64,000 nucleotides of DNA from an uncultured Acidobacteriota bacterium (lineage in GTDB: Bacteria > Acidobacteriota > Blastocatellia > RBC074), in NCBI GenBank assembly GCA_963796275.1, contig CAWCKY010000006.1, forward strand, positions 1,888,001-1,952,000, written 5' to 3'. The translations under genes were made by a program, and so were the position numbers. Shown piece by piece: positions 45,214 to 56,055 of the stretch; the stretch's first letter is position 1; the number at the start of each line of letters is the position of its first letter. The notes under the pieces are model-generated. The model saw nothing but the letters and a program-made list of their open reading frames with translations, was not told the DNA's origin and made no database searches.

Positions 45214-46779
45214 ATGAGAACCAGAATCGGAGTTTTTGGTTGGGGTATCGTTGCGCCGAAAGCCCCCAATATCGAGGCATTTGCTGAAAACCTGCAGTCA
45301 TCTGAGAGCTGGCTTGCTCCATTCAACGGCTTTGGGCCGGATAATTTCCTTGTCGGTAAACCTGAATTCAGTTTTGCGGATTATCGCGATTGGATCGATG
45401 CGCGGTTCCCTCCGAGACGGTTCATGCAGCTAGAGGAAAAGATGGATTTGCCGTCGCTCTATGCCATCGGCGCTTTCATACAAGCGCTCGGGCAGAATCG
45501 GGAGATGGAATCTGTCCTGCAACGGCTTGGAAGCCAGGCTCACATTTATATAGGCATGGGCTTGGGTAACATTGGAACCGTTCACAATGCCAGCATCGCG
45601 TTGGACCGGGCGCAGGGCACTTGGGATCGTTTCTGGGCCGATCCGTCTCGCAACATGGAATTGCGCAGATACCTGAGCGGCGAATCACCGCAGGATGTAA
45701 ATGCCCCGGCGGATCCCGCTGTGGTCGCCGAAAATGAAAGGGATGCAGCAGAACGTGAGTGGCGCCATTATTGGACCGGGCGTTCGAAGGAATTGGCGAT
45801 CTACCTGGAAGAACTGGCCGAAATCGAGAACCTGAGCATAGAGGGTGAGATCGAGAGCGGAAAACTCGGCGTGATCAGAGAGAAGAATAGGCTTCGCGCC
45901 AAATTGCAGAAAAAGTGGGACGCTCCGGATCCGCCGTGGCTGGTTTCCGCAGACGTTGTATGGAACATTCCCAACACTCCGGCAGCGCAGGTCTCCATGT
46001 TAGGGCAGATCACGGGATTTACATTCGCGCCGTCGGCGGCGTGTTCGACTTTCGGAGTCGCCCTCAAGCTCGCTTTGAAAGCGATAGAATCCGGAGACGC
46101 GAAGGCTGTTGTCGTAGGCGCGACCGATCCGCCACCGCATCCGTTAGTGGTCGGCGCTTTCTACAATGCCAGAGTCATATCTGCCGATCGGCGGGTCTCT
46201 GTGCCATTGACTCGCTTACAAGGAACGCACATATCGGGAGGATCCGTCGTTTGGATTGTCGCGGATTACGATTATATGACAGCTCTCGGGTTAAAACCTG
46301 TCGGCATGCAACCGCTTGCCGTCGGCGTCAGTTCCGACGCGCACCATATTATCACTCCGACTATTGACGGCCCCACTGCGGCAATCAACCAGGCCTTAAC
46401 TGATGCGAAAGTGCAAGCCGGCGATATACATACGTGGGACCTTCACGCGACCGCGACGCCGGGAGATCATAGCGAGATCAAGACAATGTCCGCTCTGTTT
46501 TCGCGGACAGTGCTGGTTACAGCGCGCAAAGGAACCTTCGGCCATGGAATGAGCGCCGGCGGCGGTTGGGAGCTTACGGCACAGTATCTCGGGTATGAGA
46601 GAGGTCGATTGTTCCCGACTCCGATCCGCCGAAGTGAGATCAATCCTTCCATTGCAGAGCTTCACGACTCGTTTGTACTCGAATCGGATTGCAAAGCGCC
46701 GGGCGGGCTGGCAGGGAAGCTGTCAATGGGGATCGGCGGCGTCAACGCGTGCATCATCTCCCGGCCCTGGAGGCGTTGA
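45214..46779 (+). CDS. Stand-alone beta-ketoacyl synthase (FabF/FabB-like, divergent)
   Basis: SAACST (Cys), DLHATAT (His), KGTFGHGMS (His) and SMGIGGVNAC motifs. Confidence 0.85.
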   Translation: MRTRIGVFGWGIVAPKAPNIEAFAENLQSSESWLAPFNGFGPDNFLVGKPEFSFADYRDWIDARFPPRRFMQLEEKMDLPSLYAIGAFIQALGQNREMESVLQRLGSQAHIYIGMGLGNIGTVHNASIALDRAQGTWDRFWADPSRNMELRRYLSGESPQDVNAPADPAVVAENERDAAEREWRHYWTGRSKELAIYLEELAEIENLSIEGEIESGKLGVIREKNRLRAKLQKKWDAPDPPWLVSADVVWNIPNTPAAQVSMLGQITGFTFAPSAACSTFGVALKLALKAIESGDAKAVVVGATDPPPHPLVVGAFYNARVISADRRVSVPLTRLQGTHISGGSVVWIVADYDYMTALGLKPVGMQPLAVGVSSDAHHIITPTIDGPTAAINQALTDAKVQAGDIHTWDLHATATPGDHSEIKTMSALFSRTVLVTARKGTFGHGMSAGGGWELTAQYLGYERGRLFPTPIRRSEINPSIAELHDSFVLESDCKAPGGLAGKLSMGIGGVNACIISRPWRR

Positions 46780-47059
46780 CCGTGCCATCGATTCGTATTT
46801 GCGCCTGAGGCGCAGCGGAATGTAGCCGTGGTGAAGCGTAGCGTAAGACCAACCATAGTTATTGCTTTTGTAAGAGAAGTTTCCGCAGTTCAGAACATAA
46901 TTACTGGCGCAATGATCGTCAATTGCCCAAGATTTGATGGTAATGACAGCATCGGGCTTTCTTGGCTTTTATGCAAAACAGAAATATCCTCTCTTATTTT
47001 CTTGCCGGTGCTGCACGGGATGCGTAAGCGACCTGTACTCCACCATTCGTTGTTTCGAA

Positions 47060-47776
47060 TTAGTCTCTGAATCGATATTCATAATATCGACAAGCAGCGA
47101 CAGGGAGAATCGCCAGTAAAGGAATCAGTAAAACGAAGAGCGCGTGCTCCCAGAAATCATTTCCCTGGCGCCACGCGCCATTTACCAGCGGAACTCCCAA
47201 CATCATTGCGTAATACGCGAAGAGTGGGAATAACGATCGCCGGAACAGCCCTGCAGCCTTTTCCGAACTCATTTTTTCGCTGATCACGAACAGCAGCAGG
47301 AGAAATCCGAAGTAGACGAGGATGCCTTCGAGGCGATGGAGTTGTTCGGGGGGCAGCCAGCCGGCCCCCGCGGGAATCTTTTGCAGCCGCATCGCGATGG
47401 TTATCCGGGCCGTGTTCGCTACAATTGTGACGAGATAGGCGATCATAAACAGTGTCGGGATCAATACCCATGATGTGCCCGTCGACCGATCTCTCAATAG
47501 GTGTCCGATCGAAAGCACCAAGAATGCGGTGATCAAGAAATTGACGCCCGCGCAGGAGCCGGCGATCAGGAAACTGCGGTCACTGCTCAGATAACCTGCA
47601 TGTGATTCAAACTCGAACGAAACGCCGCTGGTGAATTCGACAAGCGCGGTGGTGGGAGCCAGTATCCAGCGCAGCTGGTTTGCGCTCGCCGCCGAGTAGT
47701 GCAGCTTGAGCATGAAAGCGCAAACCAGAATGACTACGCACTGTGCTATGCGGTTCCGGGTGCATCTCAGCTTCAT
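47060..47776 (-). CDS. Exosortase (XrtK-like)
   Basis: LRWILAPT, SCAGVNF (Cys), ANTARI (Arg) and LHRLEG (His) motifs; multi-TM. Confidence 0.8.
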   Translation of the reverse strand: MKLRCTRNRIAQCVVILVCAFMLKLHYSAASANQLRWILAPTTALVEFTSGVSFEFESHAGYLSSDRSFLIAGSCAGVNFLITAFLVLSIGHLLRDRSTGTSWVLIPTLFMIAYLVTIVANTARITIAMRLQKIPAGAGWLPPEQLHRLEGILVYFGFLLLLFVISEKMSSEKAAGLFRRSLFPLFAYYAMMLGVPLVNGAWRQGNDFWEHALFVLLIPLLAILPVAACRYYEYRFRD

Positions 47777-49771
47777 ACAAATCGCCGCCTCCAGCGGAGA
47801 ATTATGATCGTTGCGAGCAGTATCGATGCAGCCATCAGCCAGAGCAGTTCGGGTTCACTTCCCTCCATTGTGCCACCGCCGACTGCCAGATCGCTCACTC
47901 CCAGTGGAAGCGGCAGCGGTTGGTTCACATCCTGAGCCGCCCCCTGGGTATTTCTCACCACTTCGTGAACCGCTATGAATGAGGTGTACCTGAGTCAATA
48001 GGTTATATTTCAAACCGAGGGAAGTGATCTCCTTGATCCGATCGTCGTCCAGATAGCTTGAGCCATAATCGGATAGTTCAGCGATACGTGAACGAGCCCA
48101 CAGATAACGCAATGCCCGATTGCCTTCATTTGCCTGTGCTCGGGCCACGTCAAAACGAGTCAGGTAATCTCCCTGTCCGGTTTTTCCCTGCAATTCGAAA
48201 GTCCCGATTGCCGGACCACGCCATTTGCCGAAGAGGATCACGGGACGCCGGGCGAAAAGATCGGGAAGTTGAGTCGGGTGCACGTCATATATCTCAAACC
48301 CGATGGAGCGTACCTTGATGTCGGTCAACACGGGAGTCTGAATATATTCACGGAATTTAGCCGCTATCGCGGAAGCTTCTTCCTCCTTTGTCACGATGAA
48401 CGGCTCGCCCATACCGGCCTTCGCCAACCCTTCGATGAGATAACGGTTGACTGATGAGCCGATGCCGAAGGAGAAGACGTTGCATTGATCGAGATTATCT
48501 CGAATATAATCGAAGACTCCCTTCTCGCCTGAAATATATCCGTCAGTTACCAGCACGATGCTGCGCGATATGTTGGGCTCGCGTGGCAGGCTCATTGCCT
48601 GTTTGACAGCCGCAAGTAGCTCGGTTCCTCCACCGCCCCGCTGTCCTTCGATCAGACGAATCGCATTGGCGATGTTTGGTTGATCGGCACGCAGAGAATT
48701 GGCGGATAGCACGCTGGAGTCTCCGGCGAACAGAACGACGTTGAACATATCCGATGGTCGCAATTTCCCGATCATATCTTGCAGAAGACGTTTGGCTGTA
48801 TTCAGCGGAAATCCATCCATCGAGCCGGAAATATCCACCACGAAAATGTACTCGCGGGCTGGTATGTCAGCGTTCGTTATCCGCTCCGGTGGTTGAGCCA
48901 TATAAAGAAAGAAGTTCTCGTCTTGACCCTGATAGAGAAGGAGGCCCGAAGCGATCTGGTCTCCCGATAAACGATAGCGGAGGATGAAGTCGCGTTCTCC
49001 ATGCGCTTGATCCGCATCGTCCAGGACGAGCTGGGCGATTGCCGGACTCTGCCATTGTTGAATGACCTGATGCGAAGTGCAGCTCAAGTCTCGGATGGGG
49101 ACGCCGGCTGCTATCCTGGCTGATATGCGAAGGTTGCTCGTGGGTTTTTCACCCTGATGAAGATAAGGAATCTTTAGCGAGCTATCCGCCTGCGGGGCCG
49201 AGGAATCAGGCTGAGGAGAATAGCGTGGCCCCACAACGGTAGGAAAAACCACTTCATAAATGCCGTCCGTCGGCGCCAACAGCTCGGTATAACGAAGCTC
49301 GATCTCGACCTGATCCCCGGGCATGATGTTGGCGAGGCTCATCGAAAAAACATTCGGTCTCTGTTGTTCCAGCAGCGATGCGCTCTTACCCTCCTGCTTG
49401 GCCTTGTCGAATTCCTGTTTTGCCTGTTCCCGCTCTTTGATTTTCGCGACGATAACTTGATCGCCGATGCGCATCCGCATCGAATAAACGGCAGCGCGCG
49501 TCGAAGCCGGAAAGACGTAACGCGCATTGATCGGCCGCGAACCTTCGTTTCGATATGTTTGCATCACCTTCACATCGGCGATGACGCCTGAGACGTCTAT
49601 TTGTACGCGGGTATCCTTGAGAGGCAGGAGGTCCAGACTCGGGTCTCCCTGAACGAAAAAATATGGCGAAAGAGTTTTTTCATTCTCAGTCTGCGCAGCA
49701 GCGGAGAAGGGAGAAAAAGCGATCGCGATCAGAACCAGACAGACAATTCGCACATTGTTTTGCATTATCAC
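47773..49771 (-). CDS. VIT + vWA domain protein with a C-terminal GSEP-TM-basic sorting signal (+1 frameshift near the 3' end)
   Basis: VIT domain (ARYVFP, ASLLEQQRPNVF); MIDAS DISGSM; extra base at 47989-47990; tail GSEPELLWLMAASILLATIIILRWRRRFV. Confidence 0.88.
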
Positions 49772-50112
49772 CTCGGTTTAAGGAACTCAGATTATCAAGC
49801 TTATTAATGGGCACGCTTATTTCTAGTACCGGGTGATCCTAGGACAATTTGGGAATATGAATAATGCCAACCGCCACGGAATTGGGCCGTAATAACCACA
49901 GTCACTGGCTGGTGATTATCGGGTTTGAGGTGAGGGTATCTTCAGTGTCACCTTTTTTGCATGTCGATTGTTTCTCAGCTTAGAAATCCTTGCAGATTGA
50001 CACCTGTGATCCGACCGTGCTATTTACACGCGTATCTAAGTAATAGCTAATCCCTTCCAAGTAATACGGGAAGAGCCAGATAGATAGATCGGCCGAATCA
50101 ATCAAGGAGCAC

Positions 50113-51552
50113 ATGTCGATGAAAAACGGACCTATTCTATGGTTTTCGGGTTTGGGCATAGTACTCTTCGCCCCATTATTCCTGTCGCTGCGGAAAGGCA
50201 AATCGGGGAATATATCCTGGATATTTCTCGGAGTTCTCCTCTGCCTGGTAAATGCCGAATCGTACGCATTGCAGGGCAATATCAACTCGCATGATCCCTC
50301 AACGCTGGTTAAAGAAGGGAGATACTACTATCAATTCACCACCGGCAATGGGATATACTCCGCCTATTCCACCGATCTGATATTTTGGACAGCCTCTCCC
50401 AACACTGTTTTTCCCATCGGATCATGGCCTTCGTGGATCGACTCCGCGGTTCCCGGATTTAACGGCAATTTTTGGGCGCCGGATGTCATTGAGATGAACG
50501 GGAGATGGTACATCTATTATTCCTGCTCAACCTTTGGTTCGCCACGTTCAGCGATTGGTGTAGCGACCAGCAATAGTCTGGAAGGGCCGTGGGAAGATTT
50601 GGGAATGGTGGTTTCATCCAGCTCCGCGGCTGACATCAACGCTATCGATCCGGGCCTCTTCCGTGACACCGACGGCCGCGTCTACATGACCTATGGCTCT
50701 TTTTCTGGCGGCATCGGTGTGGTTGAAATTAACTCTCACACGGCCAAGAGAAAAAACGGCCATCAGGTTGTGAGAGTGGCGGGCGGCGGCGGAGCCGATT
50801 ATGAGGCGCCTTACCTGATCAAAGAGGGCAAGTACTATTACCTGTTCGTCAACCGTGGTTTTTGTTGCCGGGGCTCGAACAGCTCTTACTACATTCAGGT
50901 CGGACGCTCGTTGTGTCCAACCGGTCCTTATACGGGGTGGAGAACCGTACTCAGTTCATCCGGCAGGTATATCGGGCCCGGCCATTTCGGCCTCTTGCGT
51001 GACAACCGCGTCGACTATGTCTCTCTCCATTACTATGATGGCGATGATTTCGGAAGGCCGAAACTCGATATCCTGACGCTGAAGTTTGCCGGCGGCTGGC
51101 CCGTCTTAACTCGAGACTGGTTTGCTCACGGGCAATACCGAATAACCAATAAAAATAGTGATCTGGTGTGGGATGCCTGGGGCTGTACCGGTGTTGCCGG
51201 ACAAGCGATCGCGCAAGGCCCATGGGGCGATTTTATATGCCAGAAATGGTTTCTCTCGCCGCAGGGTGATGGCATCTACCGGATCGCCTCCGCCTTGGAA
51301 GGGCGCAGCGCGGATGTAATCAACTGCAATCCCGATAGCGGCGCGCCGGTTCATCTGTGGGACGGATTGAATAATAATTGCCAGAAATTCAAAATCGAAC
51401 GCGTTGCCGACGGCAGTTATGTTTTCACCTCGCTGACCGGCGCCAGAATCATAGAGACGCCGGATGCATCTACGGAACCAGGCGTCCAATTGAGACTGGG
51501 AGACTACAACGGTCACGATGCTCAAAAATGGGTCATCAATGCCTCGCCATAG
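50113..51552 (+). CDS. GH43 (arabinanase-like) with a ricin-B/CBM13 domain
   Basis: HDPS, FWAPDV, NAIDP, YEAPY and GPGH motifs; QKW/QKF repeats. Confidence 0.9.
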   Translation: MSMKNGPILWFSGLGIVLFAPLFLSLRKGKSGNISWIFLGVLLCLVNAESYALQGNINSHDPSTLVKEGRYYYQFTTGNGIYSAYSTDLIFWTASPNTVFPIGSWPSWIDSAVPGFNGNFWAPDVIEMNGRWYIYYSCSTFGSPRSAIGVATSNSLEGPWEDLGMVVSSSSAADINAIDPGLFRDTDGRVYMTYGSFSGGIGVVEINSHTAKRKNGHQVVRVAGGGGADYEAPYLIKEGKYYYLFVNRGFCCRGSNSSYYIQVGRSLCPTGPYTGWRTVLSSSGRYIGPGHFGLLRDNRVDYVSLHYYDGDDFGRPKLDILTLKFAGGWPVLTRDWFAHGQYRITNKNSDLVWDAWGCTGVAGQAIAQGPWGDFICQKWFLSPQGDGIYRIASALEGRSADVINCNPDSGAPVHLWDGLNNNCQKFKIERVADGSYVFTSLTGARIIETPDASTEPGVQLRLGDYNGHDAQKWVINASP

Positions 51553-51740
51553 ATTTGCGGAGAAAAGAGGCTGGCGCTCGAACCTGAGGCATAATCCAAA
51601 AGCGGCGCAGCGCGGGATTTCATTCGCGTCCACTACTGTATGTCGAATCAAGTGCAAGTGTGTCGTCAGTCCAGATATTCTTGTTAATCAGACCGAACCT
51701 GATATATTCTCCATCAAACCCAACATAAACAGGAGGGCCG

Positions 51741-54503
51741 GTGGACATAAGACGCGATGTTAACCGAACACCGAAATTTTTATCCATTCTGGCATTCGTG
51801 TTATTCGGGGTCGGTCTTCTACCGATTGCCCATACGAATGCCCTGGAAATCAGGCCTTCAGACAAGCAGACAGACAAGCAATTAGAGGTACAAGTCTTCT
51901 CGATTCTGAAGCAGAAGTGCTTACAGTGCCACGGTGAAGCGGTCCAGATGTCCAATCTGGACCTGCGCACGCGCGAGTCTATGCTGAAGGGTGGTGAGAA
52001 TGGGCCGGCGATCGTTCCGGGAGATGCCGAAGCGAGCCGGCTCTATCGGCGTGTAGCGGGGTTGGAGAAACCCGTTATGCCCATGGCTCCAATGCCACCT
52101 CTGACCTCCCAAGAGCTCGCCGCATTGAAGTCCTGGATCGCTCAGGGGGCAAAATATTCCGATACACATACCGTCGCAACAGCGGCGAAAGGGAATGAAA
52201 AACGAGACCGGGAGATCGTTTTCACAAAAGAGGATCGTCAATGGTGGGCATTTCAAAAGCCGGTTCGCCATCCGATCCCGATGGTGACGAAGACCCGGCG
52301 GGGAGCAAAGCCGGCCAATCCGATAGACGCTTTTATCAGGAGCTCGGTTGACGGGAAGAGCCTCGCGCCCGCGCCTCAAGCGGATCGATATACTTTGGTT
52401 CGGCGGGCTTATCTCGACCTAACTGGACTTTTGCCCACTCCGGCAGAGGTCGATGGTTTTATCAAAGACGCATCGCCGAAGGCATATGAGAATCTGATCG
52501 AGCGTTTGTTATCATCCCCGCATTACGGAGAGAGGTGGGGACGGTTCTGGCTCGACGTGGCGCGGTATGCCGACAGCTCCGGATATGAGCACGATTACGA
52601 TATCGCCAATGCATGGCGCTACCGTGATTACGTCATCAAATCCTTCAATCAGGACAAGCCATACAACAGTTTCATCATAGAGCAGCTGGCCGGCGATGAG
52701 CTCGATGATCGGGACTACGATAGCCTGATCGCCACAACCTACTATCGAATCGGACCCAGAGTTCGTTATCGCGAGAAAGACAATCCTTACTACCGATATG
52801 AATATCTGGACGATATGATCCGAACCACGTTTCAGGGCTTCATGGGGCTTTCAGTCAACTGTGCGCGTTGTCACGACCACAAGTTCGATCCCATTTCGCG
52901 AATGGACTACTATCGGTCGATGGCGATGATCTTCGGGAATGTTGACTATAACCATCCGCTCGCGCCTCCGGAGAAGATCGCCGAGTATGAAAAGACGAGA
53001 AGGGAAGTGGACGAGCAGGTCAGGCCGTTATGGCGAAAGATAGTCGAGATGGAAGCGCCTTACCGGAGAGCGCAATTCGAAAAAAGACTTACAAAATTTC
53101 CCGAAGAGATTCAGATCGCCGTCAAGACGCCAGATGAGAAGCGGACTCCCGGCCAGAAGCTCCTGGCCGCGCAGGTCGCCTCGTATGACGTCGACCCGGA
53201 CGCCGCTGCCAACCAGGCTGCCTCCGGTTATCGCGGGATAAAGTTGAGCGAGGCGGAGGATGAAGTTCGGCGAAAGCTTCTTGATCAGATTGATGGATTT
53301 CAAAAGCGAATACCGCCTCCGCTGCCCGTCGCCGAAGGGGTTCGAGATGGCGATTATCGGCTTACTCCGGATGGGAGGGGTGATGAGCCGTTGCCCGGCA
53401 AAGGGAACCGCTTCGATTATGGGATCAAGTGCTGCTTCCTGTCGCAACCCGGCCAGCAATATCAGGTGCCTCCGGTCTATTACGGTTCGAACGGAGTTGA
53501 CGTCTCGGAAGATCAGAAGTCGGTAATCATCGAACCGGGTTATCTGCAGGTCCTGGTCAATGTCGACGCGCCGCCTCCGATTGCCTACCCGCCAGTCAGC
53601 GGCGGCAGCAGCGGGCGCCGTCGCGCGCTGGCCGAATGGATCGGCTCGCCCGACAACCCGCTGACGGCGCGCGTGATGGTGAATAGGATCTGGGGCTGGC
53701 ATTTCGGCCGCGGAATCGTCCCGACGCCGAGCAATTTTGGGAAGATGGGCGGGTCGCCGTCGCACCCGGAACTTCTCGATTGGCTGGCCACCGAATTCAT
53801 ACGACAGGGTTGGAGCGTCAAGCAAATGCATCGCCTGATTATGAATTCTCAGACTTACAAGATGGCTTCCAGCTTTGCTCATTCGGAAAACTTGGAGAAG
53901 GATCCAAATAACATATATCTGTGGCGCTTTCCGTTGCGGCGTTTGGAGGCAGAGGCCATCCGTGACGTGATCTTATCGGCCAGCGGAAACATCAACCTGG
54001 AGGTTGGTGGGGAACCGTTCTTTCCCGCAATCCCAGGTTCGGTGCGGGAGAGTTACCAGCAGGGCAAATGGGTGATGACCAAAGAGGATGTTTCGACATG
54101 GCGGCGCAGCATCTACGCTTATTGGAAGAGGGGGCTGAAATATCCGATGTTCGAAGTTCACGACCAGCCCGACCCGAATGTGACCTGCGAGAAGCGAAAT
54201 ATCACGACAGTGCCGACGCAGGCGCTAACCATGCTCAACAACGAGTTCGTGCTCATTCAGGCGCGCAGCCTGGCCGAGCGCGTCCTGCGTGATGCGGGCG
54301 GCGACCCGGTGAAGCAAGTTCGGCTTCTATATCGAATCGCGCTGAGCCGCGTTCCTGTGCAGCAGGAGCTGGAGAAGAACCTGGCCTTCATTATGAGACA
54401 GCGTGATTATCATAGTGGCCGGGGATCCGGCGCCGAACTGAATGCCCTCACCGATCTGGCGCACGTGATGCTGAATACAAACGAGTTCGTCTATATAAAT
54501 TAG
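51741..54503 (+). CDS. Planctomycete cytochrome c + DUF1549/DUF1553 (PSD1) protein
   Basis: CLQCH and CARCH motifs; [19 protein letters not shown]; [13 protein letters not shown]; [11 protein letters not shown]. Confidence 0.92.
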   Translation: MDIRRDVNRTPKFLSILAFVLFGVGLLPIAHTNALEIRPSDKQTDKQLEVQVFSILKQKCLQCHGEAVQMSNLDLRTRESMLKGGENGPAIVPGDAEASRLYRRVAGLEKPVMPMAPMPPLTSQELAALKSWIAQGAKYSDTHTVATAAKGNEKRDREIVFTKEDRQWWAFQKPVRHPIPMVTKTRRGAKPANPIDAFIRSSVDGKSLAPAPQADRYTLVRRAYLDLTGLLPTPAEVDGFIKDASPKAYENLIERLLSSPHYGERWGRFWLDVARYADSSGYEHDYDIANAWRYRDYVIKSFNQDKPYNSFIIEQLAGDELDDRDYDSLIATTYYRIGPRVRYREKDNPYYRYEYLDDMIRTTFQGFMGLSVNCARCHDHKFDPISRMDYYRSMAMIFGNVDYNHPLAPPEKIAEYEKTRREVDEQVRPLWRKIVEMEAPYRRAQFEKRLTKFPEEIQIAVKTPDEKRTPGQKLLAAQVASYDVDPDAAANQAASGYRGIKLSEAEDEVRRKLLDQIDGFQKRIPPPLPVAEGVRDGDYRLTPDGRGDEPLPGKGNRFDYGIKCCFLSQPGQQYQVPPVYYGSNGVDVSEDQKSVIIEPGYLQVLVNVDAPPPIAYPPVSGGSSGRRRALAEWIGSPDNPLTARVMVNRIWGWHFGRGIVPTPSNFGKMGGSPSHPELLDWLATEFIRQGWSVKQMHRLIMNSQTYKMASSFAHSENLEKDPNNIYLWRFPLRRLEAEAIRDVILSASGNINLEVGGEPFFPAIPGSVRESYQQGKWVMTKEDVSTWRRSIYAYWKRGLKYPMFEVHDQPDPNVTCEKRNITTVPTQALTMLNNEFVLIQARSLAERVLRDAGGDPVKQVRLLYRIALSRVPVQQELEKNLAFIMRQRDYHSGRGSGAELNALTDLAHVMLNTNEFVYIN

Positions 54504-54524
54504 GCAAATCACCCCAATACCAAA

Positions 54525-56000
54525 ATGAACAAACGCCGATCTATATCTCGCCGGGACTTTCTATTCGAGGCCGGAACAGGAATCAGCGGTCTGGCCTTGA
54601 TCGATCTGCTTAATCGCGATGGGAATCTAGCCGCAGATCATTCCGATACTCCCTCGGTCTGCCGCAGCAAGGACGCGTTCCCCGGTTCGCCCAATTTGCC
54701 GAAACCGCCTCATTTCAAACCCCGCGCCAAATCGATGATCTCGCTCTTCATGAGCGGAGGGGTGAGCCACGTCGATACCTTCGATTACAAACCCGCGCTG
54801 TGGAAGTACCACGGAATGCCGCTCGAGGGGAAAGGCGAGATACGCGTCCGGCAGGGGTTCCCCGGACCCCTCATGAAAAGCCCATACAATTTCAAGCAGC
54901 ACGGCCAGTCGGGCATCTGGGTCTCGGACCTCTTCCCGAATATCGCGAACATTGTGGACGATCTGGCATTTATCTATTCGTGCAAGGGCAAGTCCAGCGA
55001 CCACGTACTATCCCACTACGAGTGGAACACCGGATCGATTCTCATGGGATATCCGAGCGTCGGCTCGTGGATGACTTATGGGTTGGGCAGCGAAAATCAG
55101 AATCTTCCGGCCTTTGTGGTGATCTATGATGCGCGCGGCGGTCCGTTCTCCGGGCCTGCCAATTGGAGCGCCGGATTTTTGCCTGCGGCATATCAGGGTA
55201 CGGTATTCCGATCTGCCGGCGATCCGATCCTCGATCTGTCTCCGCCGGCCAAATATGTCACGCGGGAACAGGAGAGAGCGCGGCTCGACCAGTTGAGCTG
55301 GCTGAACCAGAAACACGCCGATAAGCACCCCGGAAGCACGGAACTGGCGGCTCGAATCGCTTCTTACGAGATGGCATATCGCATGCAAATGTGTGCGCCT
55401 GACGCAGTGGACATTTCCGGCGAGAGCGAGGAGACGAAACGCCTTTACGGGCTGGACCACCCGGTCACCGAACCCTTCGGCAAGCAGTGCTTGCTGGCGC
55501 GGCGGCTGATAGAAAGAGGGGTCCGTGCAGTCCAGCTCTATCACGGCTCCCTGGTCAATCAAAACGTGGACACTTGGGACGCACACGCCAGTATAATTGA
55601 CGACCATGGAATGCACGCCCCTGAGATCGATAAGCCGATTGCCGGCCTGATCACGGATCTCAAACGCCGCGGTTTGCTCGATGAGACTCTCGTGATGTGG
55701 CATTCCGAGTTCGGACGCATGCCTATTTCACAGCGCGGTCTCGGCCGCGACCATAACCCTGATGCCATGACAATTTTTATGGCAGGAGCCGGAGTCGCCG
55801 GTGGACAGAAGATCGGATCGACAGACGAGGTCGGTTATAGAGCCGAGCAACAGATCGTGACCTGTCATGACCTGCACGCAACTCTCCTTCATTTGCTGGG
55901 ACTGGATCATAAACGGGTGACATATTTCTTCAACGGCCGCCATATGCGGCTTACTGATGTGCACGGCGAAGTCATCCCGCAAATCGCTGGTAAGCAATAA
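54525..56000 (+). CDS. DUF1501 family protein (Tat-like signal)
   Basis: SRRDFL, LFMSGGVSHVDTFDYKP, LARRLIERGVR, WDAH, SEFGR and GRDHNP motifs. Confidence 0.92.
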   Translation: MNKRRSISRRDFLFEAGTGISGLALIDLLNRDGNLAADHSDTPSVCRSKDAFPGSPNLPKPPHFKPRAKSMISLFMSGGVSHVDTFDYKPALWKYHGMPLEGKGEIRVRQGFPGPLMKSPYNFKQHGQSGIWVSDLFPNIANIVDDLAFIYSCKGKSSDHVLSHYEWNTGSILMGYPSVGSWMTYGLGSENQNLPAFVVIYDARGGPFSGPANWSAGFLPAAYQGTVFRSAGDPILDLSPPAKYVTREQERARLDQLSWLNQKHADKHPGSTELAARIASYEMAYRMQMCAPDAVDISGESEETKRLYGLDHPVTEPFGKQCLLARRLIERGVRAVQLYHGSLVNQNVDTWDAHASIIDDHGMHAPEIDKPIAGLITDLKRRGLLDETLVMWHSEFGRMPISQRGLGRDHNPDAMTIFMAGAGVAGGQKIGSTDEVGYRAEQQIVTCHDLHATLLHLLGLDHKRVTYFFNGRHMRLTDVHGEVIPQIAGKQ

Positions 56001-56055
56001 CCCGCTAACCAGTATTCACATCTAAACTCATTACGACATGTTGTGGAGGTAGATT

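Noticed and set aside
46800-46850. Single REP-like fragments here and near 30776 and 51595
   Set aside because: One degenerate copy each; cannot be supported from this window alone
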